Assembly (NCBI GenBank): GCA_965644295.1
Contig: CBFFRP010000380.1
Span: 257,301 to 321,300 of the forward strand
Direction: 5' to 3'
Length of the DNA stretch: 64,000 bases
Source of the DNA: Paraphysomonas bandaiensis
Taxonomy: Eukaryota > Protista > Chrysophyceae
Each line of letters opens with the position of its first letter. Position 1 is the first letter of the stretch. The translations under genes were made by a program, and so were the position numbers. Shown one piece after another: positions 1-11,900 of this stretch. The notes under the pieces were generated by a model, which made no database searches, was not told where the DNA came from, and saw nothing but the letters and a program-made list of their open reading frames with translations.

Positions 1-3000
1 TATACTGTGTTGTTTTCTTCTTTTATCTTGTCTGCTGTAGGTGCAGAGAGTATTTCAATAAACAAAAAATCTACACTACAGGAATTTGTTACTAAACAAT
101 CGTGGCCATATTGATGACTTACAGTAGATTTATTGGAGCAGTGAAGATTGCCACAACTATAGAAATAATAATAAAAATCTGCAAAAAATTAAATTACACG
201 GAAACGGAACAGACAATACATTACCTTCACAGACATTGCAATGGGAGATGATTCACACAAATATGAATCATCAGCATCAGCATCCTCAACCCAGCGACAT
301 ACAGAAGTATCCACATCAAACGGAGATTTCCTTCGTACACATTCCCTCTCCGTGGTATATCCACTACACTCGCCTTCATCATTCGGGTACTGTAAATCAT
401 AACATACGGCTACAACCAAGCACAGTTCAATACATGGAAAATATTGAGTGAAGTTCTTACCCAGAATAAACATCAGCATACTCTGTACAGTCAACAGATG
501 TACCCCTGTGAGCATACGCACACTATCGCCATTGGAGCCATTAGCAGTGAACAACACTAAGTATCTGTCACAAAAGTATGAAATACACAACAGCCATAAA
601 TGGTATTATCGATCTACCGGTGGTGCTTGCATATTTCATCCCATAGCCGCAATAATGCCGGTTTCGTACGGTAAACAGACGGGAAAACTTCGTTTACATA
701 AGATGTCAAGTAGGCCTTGACATCACTTTTATCCATTGTAGATCTAGCAATTTCCTTCTTTTTGCCAGACTCCTTGCCAACAACTCTATCAGAGTCATAA
801 TACTGCCGCAAAGAGCACAACAAGATGCCACTGAGTCCCCCGCTCCATCTGAAATTCTAGAATCACAACACAACTAGATGAAAAGAATGCACTTACAAGA
901 TGCCATACAGTAGAATCACCACAATAGTATCTTCCAAGTCAGAAACCGAATTTAGGTCATCTGCAGTAGTCACCGTAGTTGAAAAATCGTTAACCACGAG
1001 AGTAGATATCGCAACCACCTGCACACACACAAACGCATCCAATGAAACAGAAGCCGGTATATGATGTCGAATTATACCTCTAAAACTTTCGACTGTTTGA
1101 CAGCACTATTAAGTCGTCGAGAAGTAGCTGTGGTATTGCTTATCGCTAAAGTACAAAAACAAGTCGTATCACTCTCAGTGAAATGTTGCAACTCACAGGT
1201 GTACAAGCTCTTTCCGGCAATAATATCACATGATCTTTTGACATTTATATCGGGACAGAGTGTTTCCATAATCGCATATGTGCCATTGCACATATGGGTT
1301 ACCGTAATATCACCTTTGAGGCCTGAGCATGTCAATTCGTGAACTGACCAATCACCATCCATGCAAGTAGTGTTGACAACTTGACCAGTATTCAGCATAA
1401 GCCTTTCTTCTTTCGAATTTCTTATCACAACAGTAATATTCGGCTGATTAGTCGTCCATTGAACAGCATTCAGACGAATTCGTACCACATTTGAAGTAAA
1501 CATTGAGGCATTCTTGTAGACTTTGGGTTTAACAGACATCACTGCAACTCGTTGGCTATCAAGAGCAAGACCAGATAAAATGAGTTGTGAAGTTGCAATA
1601 TCAAGGTGGGACTCAATATCTGACTGCGGCAATGCAAGAGACAGGTTGTTACTGCCACCAAAACAAGCAAAAGCCAAACGAAATAATTCTGTAGACACAT
1701 ATTTAGGGCTCAGTCCCACAGTCATCTCATTTAACACAGTATCAGCAAAACTATCAAGGCCATTAACAACCTCTTGTAATATATTCTCTCTTTTTTGCTC
1801 GCCCGGGAGAAAAGTTGCTATCGTAGCCTGCGAAATTGAATCCAAGGACATGAAGACCTCAGAGTAGGCCTCGGAAGGAACTAATGTGCTGGTTGAGGCA
1901 TCCAGAATAGAGGATGCTATTGTCAACACTGCTGAAGACACATTCTCAGAAATTGTATCCATCGATTGAGTAATGGAAGATAGAAAAGATGCCAAATGAG
2001 CAATGCTGTCAATTGTAGGATCGTCCACCTTGGAAACACTCAACAAAAGCACTGCAAGTTGACTACGTATACTCTCAGTTGTCATGAAACTTTCCTCTAA
2101 TATATCACAAGCACTGCCATAATACCCATCGTTGCACTGACATACAACATCGCACGAATGATCTCCAACATCACAACGGTCCACAAGTGTTCCAACGTTT
2201 GCATCAACGAATAGACATCTACCATTACTAGAGCAGTTATTCACACAAGATTTAGACATTCGCTCACATACAGAAAACCCGTATTCGGTGCTTTCTTCAC
2301 ACGACTCCCACATGTCGCAGTCTGTATTCGTAGAGCAATTCCGCAATGTCCATTTAGACAAAGCAATTTCAAGTTGACTCATATCGTAACACATCGAATT
2401 GTACTCATTCACAACCCAATAGTAGCCTGCAATGCAGTCACCACAAATGTTTCGCGTAGAAGTGCAAGTCGAGCGATTAAAAGCAGAACAGCCCATTAAA
2501 ATCATACAGTCAACGCCATTCAAGACAGAACTCACAACAGATAAAGTCTCCTTCTGAGCATCAATATTACCATCACTGGAGCTTATCAGATGCCCCATTG
2601 TGCGCAAGAGAGTCGACGATGTCATCTGGGGATCGTTAACTATTAACGACACTGATTCAGAGCTATATGCATTGAGCACATCAAACACTCGCACTTGACA
2701 CAGCAATAAGTCATCATTGGATTTACCTGGCGGAAGCAATGACGTTGCAAAGGAATACTCTGATCGCCCGTGAACAACTTTACTAGTTTGTGTCTCTATA
2801 TAGGCAAATTCATAAGATAATGGGATGTCGTCGTCACTCCATTCAGAGGCTGCAAACTTAAATTTCGTTATCATAGCAGTGCCGTTAGAAGGAACAACTT
2901 CAAAAACACCTGGGGAAGGAGGAACATTAATTGCGATTGCAAGAGACGACCTGGCTCCAGACGACATCAATGAAAACACATATGGTGTCGATTTCGGAGA

Positions 3001-6000
3001 CAGTACTAATGCTGGAATAACAAGATTAAACTGGTGACTCCCATGACGTAATGGCGCCGTTACCGCTGTTCGAGATACAGACTTTAAATCAAGCAATGGA
3101 TCATCCACAGCCCATGTTACAGTGGCCATATCCTGTAGTAATACTGATCCATAAAGTATTAAATCATCAGAGGGATTAATTTTAATCGCTCCATTTCTTG
3201 AAGTTATTGACAGTTGAGGCGCTGACCGTTCGGTCACTGTTATCATTACCGTTTCGTGGGACTGTCGAGTGGAATCATGTACCGTAACAGTGATAGCATA
3301 CACATTACCCGTGGGTGTGGAATAAGGAGATGTAATCATTACATGCGATAATGCAGGCTGAAGTTGCAAATCACAAGTTGAGGAGAGAGTTGGCTCCTGC
3401 TGATAACACGACCACGAAAACGACAGCCCCGCCGATGTTCGTGATTCCTCGTCATAGCTTCCCGCCGCATCCACAATTAAGATGTCTCCCTGACGAATAG
3501 TCCGCTCAGTAGCTCCAGATATTGCCGCTACAATCTTACTAGAAGGAACAGACAGTTGAACCGCAGCACTAGAGGAAAGACCCGACAGCGGGCTCACTAC
3601 AGTTACCACGACGTCATACACTGAATTTGGTCGAAGGGCGAACGCAGGAAGTTTAAATTTAGTTTTGTCAGATGATATCGACGTCAGAGTGTGGTCTATT
3701 ATACCATCTCTGCTTGCCGTCCATGTATAAATCAAGTTGGCAAACGATCGAGTGCCATCACAAAAAGAAGTGTACCCTTGTGCTTGCAAAAGTAAAGGGG
3801 AGGCCATGCTAACTGTCCTTGACTGTTGGCCAGCTATTGAAACAACTGGTAAGGCAGAATCAACAGCACTAATTTGATGGAACCCTATACCACATGCGCC
3901 AAGAAAATTGCATAACTTGATTTCAAAGGTGTATACGTAACCAGCTACGAGCACACCGCGTGGGAGAGAAGTAGGTGGACTTATGGTATACTGAGTAGCA
4001 AAAAACTGCTCAACTGCCACAGCGGATTCCACACTAGAGCTGGTCACATTTACTGCAATAGATGACCAGCGCCTACCACCAGAAGGCCATGATGAGGTCA
4101 AATCGATCAGAACCTCGTCACACCGTCCTACAGTACTTGGAGCAGATATCGCTACTACCGGAATCATTGGTACTAGAGGAGCTACGATAGGTATTGAAAT
4201 GGAGGGAACAGACGTCCACTGGTCGCATACTGATAAATCAGAACGACACGGAGCTCGAACGGAGTTCGTACGCACAGAAACATAATCTCCCACCACTGGT
4301 CTATTTATACCTTTAAGCGTTATCGTAAGAGTCGAACTCGTACTCCACAGACAACTTGACTCTGATGCACCAGTCAGTATAAGAACATCTTCACATGAGA
4401 ATGAACTCAACTTCCTCGCTTGATCAGTTGGAGAGTCAAAGACTACTATGATATACATACCATCAGATGAAAATGCAGCACTTGACAACCTTGGGGTTGT
4501 TGGTTCTACATTAGGCGACTCCAATATAAAAGATTGAACTCCGTTATTTCCAAAAACAACTTCAAATTCCTGTGCAGAAGGGCCACCGAGGGATACGGAA
4601 GTATAATACGAGCCAGGGCTACTGCTACTAGTCAATGAAACTTTGTGGATATCGTCCCAATTCTTACCATTCAGCGTAACACTGGATGGGAATAACATAT
4701 TTGACAACAAACCACTGGAATTACCAATCGAAAGAGAAACCACTAAATCATTTGATGGAGTGCCAGTGGCATGGATTGATATAAAATTAGTCACAACATT
4801 CCCACTCACAAAAGATGTGCCAGTCAGGGTGACAATGACCCGCTTGCAGCACTGCGTTTTAATGTCATGTCTGCTCTCCATTACAGTGACGATGGCATCA
4901 GACACAATATCGACGCTTTTCGCGAGGCAGTACACATCATACAACGTCCCAGACTGAAGTCCATTCAAAGTAATTACTTGCGGTGCTGTTGTGGAATCAA
5001 CTAAGGCGAACTTATTCTGAGCCACGATTCTACCAAAAGATTCAGGAATTACTCCAGAAAAGAAGCTTGCACAGAACACTATCCCTTCTTGTGAAAACCG
5101 CACATACACATCGATAGACGACTCAGTGGTAGATGTAAACACACTCAGAAGTTCAGTTGGTACCGATGACGGCAGTCCAGTTGGACAGAATGAAGGCTGT
5201 CCTGATGGAAAACTACTTGGCATAACTGTAGGACTACCACTTGGTAGTCCAGACGGTAATCCAGTTGGTTGCCCCGATGGAATACACGTAGGAGCTCCGG
5301 TTGGTTGTCCTGAGGGCTGGCTCGAGGGCTCACCACTTGGCACACCTGTTGGTTTACCAGAGGGTCGGCATGAGGGCCAACCAGAAGGTTGACTAGAAGG
5401 TTCAGAAGTCGGTTTGCAGGTCGGCTGACCTGTTGGATCCATTGAAGGCCCGCCGGTAGGCAGGGATGTTGGCTGTCCACTTGGCTCCCAAGTTGGCTTT
5501 CCAGTTGGTTCCCCAGTTGGCTCAGAAGTCGGCTGTCCTGTTGGGACTTCACTTGGTTTCCCAGTCGGAGCAGATGTCGGTTGACCAGTTGGCTGAGTGC
5601 TTGGATGACTACTTGGCTGGCCTGTGGGCTGACCAGTTGGACAACTAGAAGGTTGGCCCGTAGGGAGCGCGGAAGGCTCCCCAGTTGGTTCAGCAGATGG
5701 TTGTCCAGTGGGTTCACCAGTCGGTTGACCAGTTGGCTGGCCGGTGGGTTCGCATGTCGGCTGTCCAGAGGGCTGACCAGATGGTGCAGATGTTGGCTGG
5801 CTTGTTGGTTGTCCAGTGGGCTGACCAGATGGTGCAGCAGTGGGTAGGCTTGTTGGCTGTCCTGATGGTTGACCACTAGGCAGACCACTTGGATGTCCAG
5901 TGGGTTCACCAGTCGGTTGACCAGTTGGCTGACCGGTGGGTTCGCATGTCGGCTGGCCAGAGGGCTGACCAGATGGTGCAGATGTTGGCTGGCTTGTTGG

Positions 6001-8232
6001 TTGTCCAGTGGGCTGACCAGATGGTGCAGCAGTGGGTAGGCTTGTCGGCTGTCCTGATGGTTGACCACTAGGCAGACCACTTGGATGTCCAGTGGGTTCA
6101 CCAGTCGGTTGACCAGTTGGCTGACCGGTGGGTTCGCATGTCGGCTGGCCAGAGGGCTGACCAGATGGTGCAGATGTTGGCTGGCTTGTTGGTTGCCCAG
6201 TGGGCTGACCAGATGGTGCAGCAGTGGGCAGGCTTGTTGGCTGTCCTGATGGTTGACCTGTGGGTCCACTTGATGGTTGACCACTAGGCAGACCACTTGG
6301 ATGTCCAGTGGGTTCACCAGTTGGTTGGCCAGTTGGCTGACCGGTGGGTTCGCATGTCGGCTGGCCAGAGGGCTGACCAGATGGTGCAGATGTTGGCTGG
6401 CTTGTTGGTTGTCCAGTGGGCTGACCAGATGGTGCAGCAGTGGGCAGGCTTGTTGGCTGTCCTGATGGTTGACCTGTGGGTCCACTTGATGGTTGACCAC
6501 TAGGCAGACCACTTGGATGTCCAGTGGGTTCACCAGTTGGCTGACCAGTTGGCTGACCGGTGGGTTCGCATGTCGGCTGGCCAGAGGGCTGACCAGATGG
6601 TGCAGATGTTGGCTGGCTTGTTGGTTGTCCAGTGGGCTGACCAGATGGTGCAGCAGTGGGCAGGCTTGTTGGCTGTCCTGATGGTTGACCTGTGGGTCCA
6701 CTTGATGGTTGACCACTAGGCAGACCACTTGGATGTCCAGTGGGTTCACCAGTTGGCTGACCAGTTGGCTGACCGGTGGGTTCGCATGTCGGCTGGCCAG
6801 AGGGCTGACCAGATGGTGCAGATGTTGGCTGGCTTGTTGGTTGCCCAGTGGGCTGACCAGATGGTGCAGCAGTGGGCAGGCTTGTTGGCTGTCCTGATGG
6901 TTGACCTGTGGGTCCACTTGATGGTTGACCACTAGGCAGGCCACTTGGATGTCCAGTGGGTTCACCAGTTGGTTGGCCAGTTGGCTGACCCGAAGGCAGC
7001 GTAGAAGGCTTCCCAGTTGGTTCACCAGATGGATGTCCAGTGGGCTGGCCTGTAGGATGACAAGTGGGGTAACCAGAAGGTTGTCCAGTTGGTTGGGAAG
7101 TAGGCGAGGGAGAATCGAGGTCAGTCATAAAAACTAGTCGTACTCTACTATTGCGGTAATCTGCAACCAAAACATAAGTGTCACTGGGACTCAAAGCAGC
7201 GTCAATCGGACTCCAAAACCGTGCATTAGTACCAATACCGTCCGAACTCCCACTGCTTGATCCTCCGGCAATGGTAGTCACCACACCTGTACTCAATATG
7301 CATTTACGAATTCGATGCGAATTGAAATCGGCGACTACGACGTAAGTGTCGTCACTTGATATGTCAATATTATATGGCTTATCGAATCTCGCATTTGTTC
7401 CAGTCCCATCTAGATATCCAGTAACAGACCCTGCAATAGTAGTCACAACCCTGGTAGACAACACAAGCTTACGTAGGCGATGATTATCACGATCTGCAAC
7501 TACAGCAAAGCTGCCATCACTCGACACAGTCACGCCACGTGGACCATTAAATCTAGCTGATGTGCCCGTTCCATCACTTGATCCTGGCGACGATCCAGCG
7601 ATTAATGACACAACTTGGGTAGAGATTATAACTTTCCGGATTCTGTCATTTGAACAGTCTACGATTACGGCCAGAACTCCATCTCCAGAAATAGCAACAC
7701 CACGAGGAAACGTCAACCGCGCGTCCGTTCCAACACCGTCAGAATTACCAGCATGCGTGCCTACAAATGTAGAAACTTCTCCAGTAGATATGATAACTTT
7801 GCGAATTCTGTGATCATTGTTTCCAGCCACAAGAGCAAAACTATTATCTGCAGACAGTGCAATACCATAGGGTTCGTCGAAGGCTGTGGAATCTGAAATT
7901 GTAGTGACCTCTGATGTAGATATAACAAGCTTCCGGATTTTATTTCCATAAGCGGCTGCAATTACTGCAAAACTTCCATCACTTGATATGCTTATTCCAC
8001 CAGGTCTATGTATTTCGGCGTTAGTACCAATCCCATCCTGAGAGTTGTCCCCATCTCCAGCAAATGTGATGACCTGTTGTGCAACACCTTGTAAAGCTAC
8101 TAAATTACGGTGAAAGTCTGGTGGAGGTGTATTGATGATTGATGTATTCGAGACAGCCAAGTCTTGAACAGTCATATCAACACAGTAACAAACACATACA
8201 CAAGTCAGTAGGCGGTATAAGTGAGCACGCAT
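1..8232 (-). CDS. Giant multi-exon adhesion-receptor / polycystin-1(REJ)-like membrane protein, paralog A (NHL repeats, PxGQ stalk, REJ/PKD-like, EGF-like, GPS-like, multi-TM); 3' end lies beyond window start
   Basis: The 2386-aa first exon has a hydrophobic N-terminus, NHL repeats (DGxGTxARF..PxGI), a (P-T/S-G-Q)n stalk, REJ-like motifs (LSFSWSC, PPSPGVFEVVPSNGTAMITKFKF, DIPLSYEF), an EGF-like CSSNGRC..CQC..YYGSAC and a GPS-like TTCFC. GT-AG introns (e.g. 1077-1019) join it to TM-encoding exons (TIVVILLYGILWSGGLSGILLC) and to the ORF fragments at 614-823 and 189-590. Confidence 0.88.
251..979. repeat. Inverted near-identical block 3 (partner 18673-19399), covering TM exons and introns
   Basis: Reverse complement matches 18673-19399 almost base for base, introns included. 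The ORF track shows duplicated ORFs (614-823 vs 18826-19035; 448-720 vs 18929-19201). Confidence 0.92.
2528..4851. repeat. Inverted near-identical block 2 (partner 14824-17147), REJ-like module
   Basis: 2324-bp colinear inverted match with scattered substitutions. The proteins are near-identical from CCK.VIVTLTG to KETLSVVSS. Confidence 0.95.
5690..6990 (-). repeat. Coding tandem repeat of paralog A: 216-bp (72-aa) units plus 192-bp deletion variants, built on a 12-bp PxGQ period
   Basis: Shadow ORFs recur at 6061, 6277, 6493, 6709 and 6925 (216-bp period) and at 5889/6081 (192 bp). The degenerate PxGQ stalk extends about 5150-7110. Confidence 0.95.
7221..7875. repeat. Inverted near-identical block 1 (partner 9403-10060), NHL propeller
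   Basis: EPYGIALSADNSF...DGIGTNA is nearly identical at DNA level between the two genes, with one small in-frame indel (THAG vs APTAG). Confidence 0.93.
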
Positions 8233-8938
8233 TAGTCACTAATGTATCCTCCTAGCTAAATTAAGATAGATTATATGAAGCCATAGTGAATATACAGTAT
8301 GTGAAGTGGGGACTGCTGTGAGATAATTAATCAGTCGTACTATATCAGCATACGAGACGTCACTGTTCAACCAACACACAACTAACTTCCCTTTATTGTT
8401 AACCGCATTACTCGTAAAATTGGTCACGGACACAAAAAATTGGACCACTCTCCTCTATTTTCTCCTAATCCCCTCCAAAATCTAGAAAAAGTATGTTTTT
8501 TTGAATTGATATGTCCATGAATGTACACAATGGATGTGCTGCTATTCATTTATCCAGTCATTTTCACCGTATTATATATCTGTATTCGGTCTTGGAATTC
8601 TTGGAATTCCTAGCAACAGGGATATCGATATCTGGATATCTAATACGGGTGGGGTGGGAATAAACCATATACCGTATATCGTACATATGTATGTACATAG
8701 AGAGAGTAGCGTATCACGCACATGTTTCAATACTGTACTAGAAATACACACTGAAGAAGAAAGATGCCACAGATGTTGGAGTAGATTCTAATAGACCAGA
8801 TTGTCTGATACGATTATTGGAATAGTGCCGATATGAAGCTCATGTGTGTATTTGTAGCACCTTCTTGTATTGGATGGTGTTATTATTTAAGCATTGTAGT
8901 AGATAACATCTACAGTGTGTTGGAGCGTTTGGGTGTCA
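8233..8938. promoter_or_regulatory. Putative bidirectional promoter between the divergent paralogs
   Basis: 706 bp between the divergent start codons (8232 on -, 8939 on +). No credible ORF. Function inferred from position only. Confidence 0.55.
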
Positions 8939-11900
8939 ATGAGTCTAGACGACTATATTCGAGCACTGATATTCTTTGCAGTAGTATGTTTTCCAATCCT
9001 AGGATATGAGGTTACACATACACTTGATGGGTATAATTCCAGTACCCCAACTTCGATATTTCAGCGGCGTTTGCAAGGTACCAAATTCAGACTACAATAT
9101 TCACATAACGTATACTTGCAGTACGAGCGAGCAGTAATTTTGAAGGAACTGCGGGTCAAGTCATTACTATTTCAGGAGTAATGGGAGAAGAACCGATGGT
9201 ATCAGACGGTGTGGGAACCAATGCACGATTCAAAGGCCCTGGTGGTACTAGCTTATCAAGTGACGGACGATTTGCAATCATTACTGATGCAAATGCTAAC
9301 CAGATTCGTAAACTTGATATGCTTAGTGCCCAAGTAACAACGGTTGCTGGAACTGGTGGGAACGGCGGAAACGACGGTGGATCAACCACTGCAACCTTCA
9401 ATGAACCCTATGGTATTGCACTGTCTGCAGATAATAGTTTTGCTCTTGTGGCTGGAAACAATGATCACAGAATTCGCAAAGTTATTATATCTACTGGAGA
9501 AGTTTCTACATTTGTAGGTGCGCCAACCGCTGGAAATTCTGACGGTGTTGGAACGGACGCGCGGTTGAGATTTCCTCGTGGTGTTGCTATTTCTGGAGAT
9601 GGAGTTCTGGCCGTAATCGTAGACTGTTCAAATGACAGAATCCGGAAAGTGATAATCTCTACCCAAGTTGTGTCATTAATCGCTGGATCGTCGCCAGGAT
9701 CAAGTGATGGAACGGGCACATCAGCTAGATTTAATGGTCCACGTGGCGTAACTGTGTCGAGTGATGGCAGCTTTGCTGTAGTTACAGATCGTGATAATCA
9801 TCGCCTACGTAAGCTTGTGTTGTCTACCAGGGTTGTGACTACTATTGCGGGGTCTGTTACTGGATATCTAGATGGGACTGGAACAAATGCGAGATTCGAT
9901 AAGCCGTATGGCATTGACATATCAAGTGACGACACTTACGTCGTAGTCGCCGATTTCAATTCGCATCGAATTCGTAAATGCATATTGAGTACAGGTGTGG
10001 TGACTACCATTGCCGGAGGATCAAGCAGTGGGGGTTTGGACGGTATTGGTACTAATGCACTTTTTTCGGGTCCAATAGGTATTTCCATAAGCCTAACTGA
10101 CTCTTATGTACTCGTTGCTGATAGAGACAACTTTGCGTTAAGAGTGTTATTTTTACAAGACGTCAGAGCCGAAGCACACAGCAAATCAACTATACACCCT
10201 ACCTTTATACCAACGCATTCACCCACATGGCAACCAACGGATTCACCGACTCGTGTACCGACCGTATCGCCAACAGTGGTTCCGACCAATGCACCAACAG
10301 ATGTTCCCACTCGTTCGCCAACGGCTGTACCAACAAATACACCGACACGGCAACCAACGGATTCACCGACTCGTGTACCGACCGTATCGCCAACAGTGGT
10401 TCCGACCAATGCACCAACAGATGTTCCCACTCGTTCGCCAACGGCTGTACCAACAAATACACCGACACGGCAACCAACGGATTCACCGACTCGTGTACCG
10501 ACCGTATCGCCAACAGTGGTTCCGACCAATGCACCAACAGATGTTCCCACTCGTTCGCCAACGGCTGTACCAACAAATACACCGACACGGCAACCAACGG
10601 ATTCACCGACTCGTGTACCGACCGTATCGCCAACAGTGGTTCCGACCAATGCACCAACAGATGTTCCCACTCGTTCGCCAACGGCTGTACCAACAAATAC
10701 ACCGACACGGCATCCAACGGATTCACCGACTCGTGTACCGACCGTATCGCCGACAGTGGTTCCGACCAATGCACCAACAGATGTTCCCACTCGTTCGCCA
10801 ACGGCTGTACCAACAAATACACCGTCACGGCAACCAACGGATTCACCGACTCGTGTCCCGACCGTATCGCCGACAGTGGTTCCGACCAATGCACCAACAG
10901 ATGTTCCCACTCGTTCGCCAACGGCTGTACCAACAAATACACCGACACGGCAACCAACGGATTCACCGACTCGTGTACCGACCGTATCGCCAACAGTGGT
11001 TCCGACCAATGCACCAACAGATGTTCCCACTCGTTCGCCAACGGCTGTACCAACAAATACACCGACACGGCATCCAACGGATTCACCGACTCGTGTACCG
11101 ACCGTATCGCCGACAGTGGTTCCGACCAATGCACCAACAGATGTTCCCACTCGTTCGCCAACGGCTGTACCAACAAATACACCGTCACGGCAACCAACGG
11201 ATTCACCGACTCGTGTCCCGACCGTATCGCCGACAGTGGTTCCGACCAATGCACCAACAGATGTTCCCACTCGTTCGCCAACGGCTGTACCAACAAATAC
11301 ACCGACACGGCAACCAACGGATTCACCGACTCGTGTACCGACCGTATCGCCGACAGTGGTTCCGACCAATGCACCAACAGATGTTCCCATTCGTTCGCCA
11401 ACGGCTGTACCAACAAATACACCGTCACGGCAACCAACGGATTCACCGACTCGTGTACCGACCGTATCGCCAACAGTGGTTCCGACCAATGCACCAACAG
11501 ATGTTCCCACTCGTTCGCCAACGGCTGTACCAACAAATACACCGACACGGCATCCAACGGATTCACCGACTCGTGTACCGACCGTATCGCCGACAGTGGT
11601 TCCGACCAATGCACCAACAGATGTTCCCACTCGTTCGCCAACGGCTGTACCAACAAATACACCGTCACGGCAACCAACGGATTCACCGACTCGTGTACCG
11701 ACCGTATCGCCGACAGTGGTTCCGACCAATGCACCAACAGATGTTCCCACTCGTTCGCCAACGGCTGTACCAACAAATACACCGTCACGGCAACCAACGG
11801 ATTCACCGACTCGTGTACCGACCGTATCGCCGACAGTGGTTCCGACCAATGCACCAACAGATGTTCCCATTCGTTCGCCAACGGCTGTACCAACAAATAC

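Noticed and set aside
5126-7137. Many periodic short ORFs and the 626-aa alternative-frame ORF
   Set aside because: Shadows of the 216/192-bp coding repeat of paralog A.
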